This document shows, piece by piece, positions 53,251 to 55,991 of a stretch of 55,991 bases of DNA. The notes beneath the pieces are model-generated. The model saw nothing but the letters and a program-made list of their open reading frames with translations, did no database searches and was not told where the DNA came from. The position numbers were made by a program, and so were the translations under genes. This DNA is from Candidatus Dormiibacterota bacterium (GTDB lineage Bacteria; Chloroflexota; Dormibacteria; CF-121), in the NCBI GenBank assembly GCA_035602295.1, contig DATNMN010000273.1, positions 1 through 55,991 of the forward strand. The letters are read 5' to 3'. Every line of letters starts with the position of its first letter. The stretch's first letter is position 1.

Positions 53251-53345
53251 CCCACGGTAGCCAGCCGTCAACCCTTCCCAGCACGCCAGTACCGCTCAGG
53301 GCTAGCAGCCTAACTGGCGTCTATTGCACGAGTCCCAATTCGATT

Positions 53346-53371
53346 GTTCGATTAGTGTCCGCCACGGGCTA
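53346..53371 (+). repeat. tRNA-Glu-3'-end-like 26-nt repeat, copy A
   Basis: GTTCGATTAGTGTCCGCCACGGGCTA, preceded by ATTCGATT. Confidence 0.9.
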
Positions 53372-53417
53372 TTGACCATCCGAGATCCGGAACCCGAGGA
53401 ATCCGGAGAATCACGCA

Positions 53418-53879
53418 TCACCCACCAGACTGATTCTGGGCGAGGCGGGGACCAGTCGCCACGATTAGAGCAATGAAGAGTGCCATTAGACCGAGCACGG
53501 CGGGGCCTGCGTTGAAACGAGTCATCGCCCAGTCAGCCTCAGCAACGACAATCGCCAGCGCAATCGGAAGTTGCATCAGCCGGATCGGGATTAGCAGCCG
53601 CCCGCGGGGCCGAAGGGCCGCACGCACCTCCGCGACTGCGAGGGCAACCAGGCAAGGGGCAAGGACAATCCACAGGAAGCCCTGTCCGGAGTGCCCGCAG
53701 GTTGCACCTTGCGGACCAGAAGCACAGCCGTTCCCGGTGCCAATGACGGCAAGCACCGCCGCTACCGCGCCAGCTAGGGCCAACAGCGCCGCCTGAACGA
53801 CGACTGCTGCTCGCCAAGCCGTCATGCGATCAACCACCGCCATTGTCTCGCACACACTAGCATCGAATGAGCTCGGCAC
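53418..53879 (-). CDS. hypothetical integral membrane protein (about 4 TM segments; unit 2)
   Basis: 153-aa hydrophobic ORF. The only minus-strand gene in this block. Start uncertain (internal Met possible). Confidence 0.5.
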   Translation of the reverse strand: MPSSFDASVCETMAVVDRMTAWRAAVVVQAALLALAGAVAAVLAVIGTGNGCASGPQGATCGHSGQGFLWIVLAPCLVALAVAEVRAALRPRGRLLIPIRLMQLPIALAIVVAEADWAMTRFNAGPAVLGLMALFIALIVATGPRLAQNQSGG

Positions 53880-53909
53880 TATCAGGAGTAGCCGCGAGCG
53901 CTATACGAC

Positions 53910-53935
53910 GTTCGAATAGTGTCCGCCACGGGCTA
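53910..53935 (+). repeat. tRNA-Glu-3'-end-like 26-nt repeat, copy B
   Basis: GTTCGAATAGTGTCCGCCACGGGCTA. Its T-loop-like octamer is identical to the tRNA-Glu T-loop region. Confidence 0.9.
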
Positions 53936-54053
53936 TGACCCTCAATTGACGACGTTACCCAAGCTTGGCACGATCGGGCCTGGGCTGAAGCTGACCTGAT
54001 TGCGTTTGGACTCTTGAAGGTGTTACAAAGGCGACAGCGCATCGGCTGCCGAT

Positions 54054-54590
54054 ATGAGGGTCATTGTCTCGGTCGCGCTCACCACCTTTCTTCTGACGGG
54101 CTGTGCTCCCGCTTCAGCGCCTCCGACAGATACCCTGGGCTGCGGGGCACCAACGGCCCTTGAGACATTTTCGGGAGCCAATTCCGAATACCATGGTCAC
54201 CACCTCTTGCACATTGGTCTCTTGTGGCTATCCAACCTTGACGAGTCTCACTCCGAGGCGGTTATCGCCGACTTTAAGCCCGGTATCCCAACAAAGGCAC
54301 CCATATATTTCCCTAGCCCTATTACTACTGCCGTAACCCTCCGAGGCTGGGCGTGCGCAGACGGGACTGCCCTTCACTTCTGGTATAAGCCCGGTTCGCC
54401 AACGCCTGTCGGTCAGACTGTCGGTGCTGCCACTCTGCGACAGGTAGGTGAGGCCTCCGTCGATTTCATGCCTTCAGCCTCCAATGACTCCACGGGGTAC
54501 ATCCTTTTTTGGGCGCCGGGCAAGTATCGGTTAGCCACTTATCACGGCGCAAACCAGTTAGCCGCGGCCGTGGTGGCAGTGCCTCAGTAG
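54054..54590 (+). CDS. hypothetical lipoprotein (unit 3)
   Basis: Lipobox LLTGCAPAS. 178 aa. The lowest-GC stretch in the window by eye. Confidence 0.55.
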   Translation: MRVIVSVALTTFLLTGCAPASAPPTDTLGCGAPTALETFSGANSEYHGHHLLHIGLLWLSNLDESHSEAVIADFKPGIPTKAPIYFPSPITTAVTLRGWACADGTALHFWYKPGSPTPVGQTVGAATLRQVGEASVDFMPSASNDSTGYILFWAPGKYRLATYHGANQLAAAVVAVPQ

Positions 54591-54605
54591 AGTCTTCCAC
54601 CTAAT

Positions 54606-54631
54606 GTTCGATTAGTGTCCGCCACGGGCTA
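54606..54631 (+). repeat. tRNA-Glu-3'-end-like 26-nt repeat, copy C
   Basis: GTTCGATTAGTGTCCGCCACGGGCTA, 16 nt after the lipoprotein stop. Confidence 0.9.
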
Positions 54632-54744
54632 CTATCCGAACACCATGCGAACGCTCATCCTTACGATCGCCCCGCAGAGAACCCGTGATCGGATCCGGGT
54701 CTTCGGTCGGCCGACAGGCGTGATATCGTCCTTGGCTGGCCACG

Positions 54745-55623
54745 ATGGCTAGCGGCAATGTCCGGTTCGACCATTTCCTTACCTACGTAGAGGCGCCCAG
54801 CATCGACCGGTACCTGGAGAGGTACCGAAGCACGGGCTTCCTCGTGAGCGACCGAACCGAGCGACATGACCCCGGATTGCGGAACGGCGTCGTTTTCTTC
54901 GGCTCGCAATACATCGAGTTCTGCTGGGTCGAGGACGAAGCGCTCTTTTCCAAGGGCGAGCCTGATGAGGCCGTCATGCGGCGAGCTCATCGTCCCTTCG
55001 CAATCGGCTTGGTCAGCGAAGACATTCAGGCGACGCATGACGACTGGCTTGCGCGAGGCCGTGACCTGCCGAAGGTGTTCAGCAAAGCTGAGCGGGGCGC
55101 CGACAATGTTCCTCCCAGTTGGAGTTTTCAGGAGATCCCTGAGGCGCTGCTTCCCGGTGCGTGGTGCTTTGCGCTCACTTACCACATCAGGCGCCCACCC
55201 GAGAGGATCGCTCCCAACTCGACGTACGCGATCGCGGGTACAACCTTCGTCTCGTCCTCGGCGGAAGAACATGCTGCGGCATGGCGCGACCTATTGGCGC
55301 CCGAGGCATCGATCGACAGCTCAGACGAAGCGTATCGCGTCACAATTGGTCCTCACATCGCCCGGTGGATGGAGCCACGGCAATACGAGCGTCGATATGG
55401 TCGCTCGTGGGAGCCCGCGCTGCACCGGTTTGGCGAGCTGGCGATCCTGCACGTTCTGGCGACAGACCTACAGCGTGTCCAGTCCGCTTTGGTCGGTTCC
55501 GGCAGAGAAGTCATTCCTGTGGACCCACCGTCCACCGACGAGCCAGGCCTCTTTCTGCCGCCGGATGCACAAGACGGTTTCAGCTTTGTCGTCACCGAGC
55601 AACCGATTGGAAAAGTGAAGTAG
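54745..55623 (+). CDS. glyoxalase-like (VOC-fold) domain protein (unit 4)
   Basis: VRFDHFLTYVEAPSIDRYLERYRSTGFLV..HDPGLRNGVVFFGSQYIEFCWVED resembles the Glyoxalase-like domain family. Confidence 0.55.
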   Translation: MASGNVRFDHFLTYVEAPSIDRYLERYRSTGFLVSDRTERHDPGLRNGVVFFGSQYIEFCWVEDEALFSKGEPDEAVMRRAHRPFAIGLVSEDIQATHDDWLARGRDLPKVFSKAERGADNVPPSWSFQEIPEALLPGAWCFALTYHIRRPPERIAPNSTYAIAGTTFVSSSAEEHAAAWRDLLAPEASIDSSDEAYRVTIGPHIARWMEPRQYERRYGRSWEPALHRFGELAILHVLATDLQRVQSALVGSGREVIPVDPPSTDEPGLFLPPDAQDGFSFVVTEQPIGKVK

Positions 55624-55689
55624 TCGATCGCTGTCGACGCTGTGGTCAACTTGCCCCATCCAGCCCCGGGTACCCATTCGAGTTCGATT

Positions 55690-55715
55690 GTTCGATTAGT
55701 GTCCGCCACGGGCTA
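55690..55715 (+). repeat. tRNA-Glu-3'-end-like 26-nt repeat, copy D
   Basis: GTTCGATTAGTGTCCGCCACGGGCTA, preceded by ATTCGAGTTCGATT. Confidence 0.9.
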
Positions 55716-55917
55716 CTCACCTGACACTCCTTCGAACGCCGGGGTTTCCACTTTCGGCCGGGACTCAGCCGTCCGGGATCAACTCCATGAGGCCAATCAG
55801 ACCATGTCCAAACGTCCGCCAAGGCTAGTTCTCCACAACCCTTCCCGAAGCGAGATATTCTGTGTTCGGGAACGCCACGCAATCGGGGCGGTGGGAGTGC
55901 CGCCAGGGAGGGAAGTG

Positions 55918-55991
55918 ATGTATCGCCACCGAGCCTATCAGCAGGTTGTGTACGGACGCTTCAACGACTTCTTGAAGACCGTCGAGGAGCT
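55918..55991 (+). CDS. partial CDS (5' end; runs off right edge), hypothetical (unit 5)
   Basis: ATG 55918 after GGGAGGGAAG. Reads MYRHRAYQQVVYGRFNDFLKTVEE. Confidence 0.35.
   Translation, partial: MYRHRAYQQVVYGRFNDFLKTVEE

Noticed and set aside
53346-55715. The 26-nt repeats considered as tRNA pseudogenes or tRNA-like structural punctuation.
   Set aside because: Only the T-loop-to-acceptor 3' part is present. There is no 5' acceptor strand, D-arm or anticodon arm upstream, and the AGTGT insertion breaks the T-stem.
55741-55766. GTGGAAA on the minus strand (plus strand cgccggggtttccactttcggccggg) just after repeat copy D, considered as another hairpin-element copy.
   Set aside because: Stem and loop geometry do not match (4-bp arms, different loop). 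Only the heptamer is shared.

Overview
High-GC bacterial chromosomal window. By eye most lines are about two-thirds G+C, and G+C drops clearly after about 52.4 kb. No rRNA, CRISPR array, prophage or intact IS element was seen. Taxon cannot be assigned from sequence alone, although NiSOD/SodX, LCP, HspR-like MerR regulators and an Flp pilin give a terrabacterial flavour.

Layout:
- 0-15.9 kb: housekeeping and envelope genes. These are gltX, sodX/sodN, a TolB-like protein plus LCP, dCMP deaminase, a DUF255 thioredoxin-like protein, mobA, an SDR, a sugar ABC operon and tRNA-Gln.
- 16-22.4 kb: a dense two-component and LuxR signalling cluster.
- 22.5-30 kb: an IS256-like transposase relic, an HTH-MEDS protein, an FGGY kinase, a GH18 protein and a C39-like peptidase.
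- 30-43.4 kb: a stress neighbourhood (CsbD, two YtxH, FtsH, OtsA/OtsB, PBP1A). Five paralogous HspR-like MerR regulators are interleaved here, and two of them sit in REC-only response-regulator + MerR bicistrons.
- 43.5-52.3 kb: tandem DUF3048 proteins, a GH38 protein, and a membrane-tethered Pro-rich REC protein.
- 52.3-56 kb: tRNA-Glu followed by lower-GC single-gene units.

Most interesting observations:
1. Every intergenic gap after tRNA-Glu carries one copy of a 26-nt repeat that looks like the 3' end of that tRNA with a 5-nt insertion. This gives a cassette-like array, with no recombinase visible before the window ends.
2. A hairpin element with a conserved 12-nt loop (CCGGYGTGGAAA) and co-varying stems occurs three times in tandem against the RBS of one REC-MerR operon and once after another MerR paralog.
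3. The HspR-like paralog network itself.

Many long ORFs in the track are antisense or shadow ORFs typical of high-GC DNA and were not annotated.
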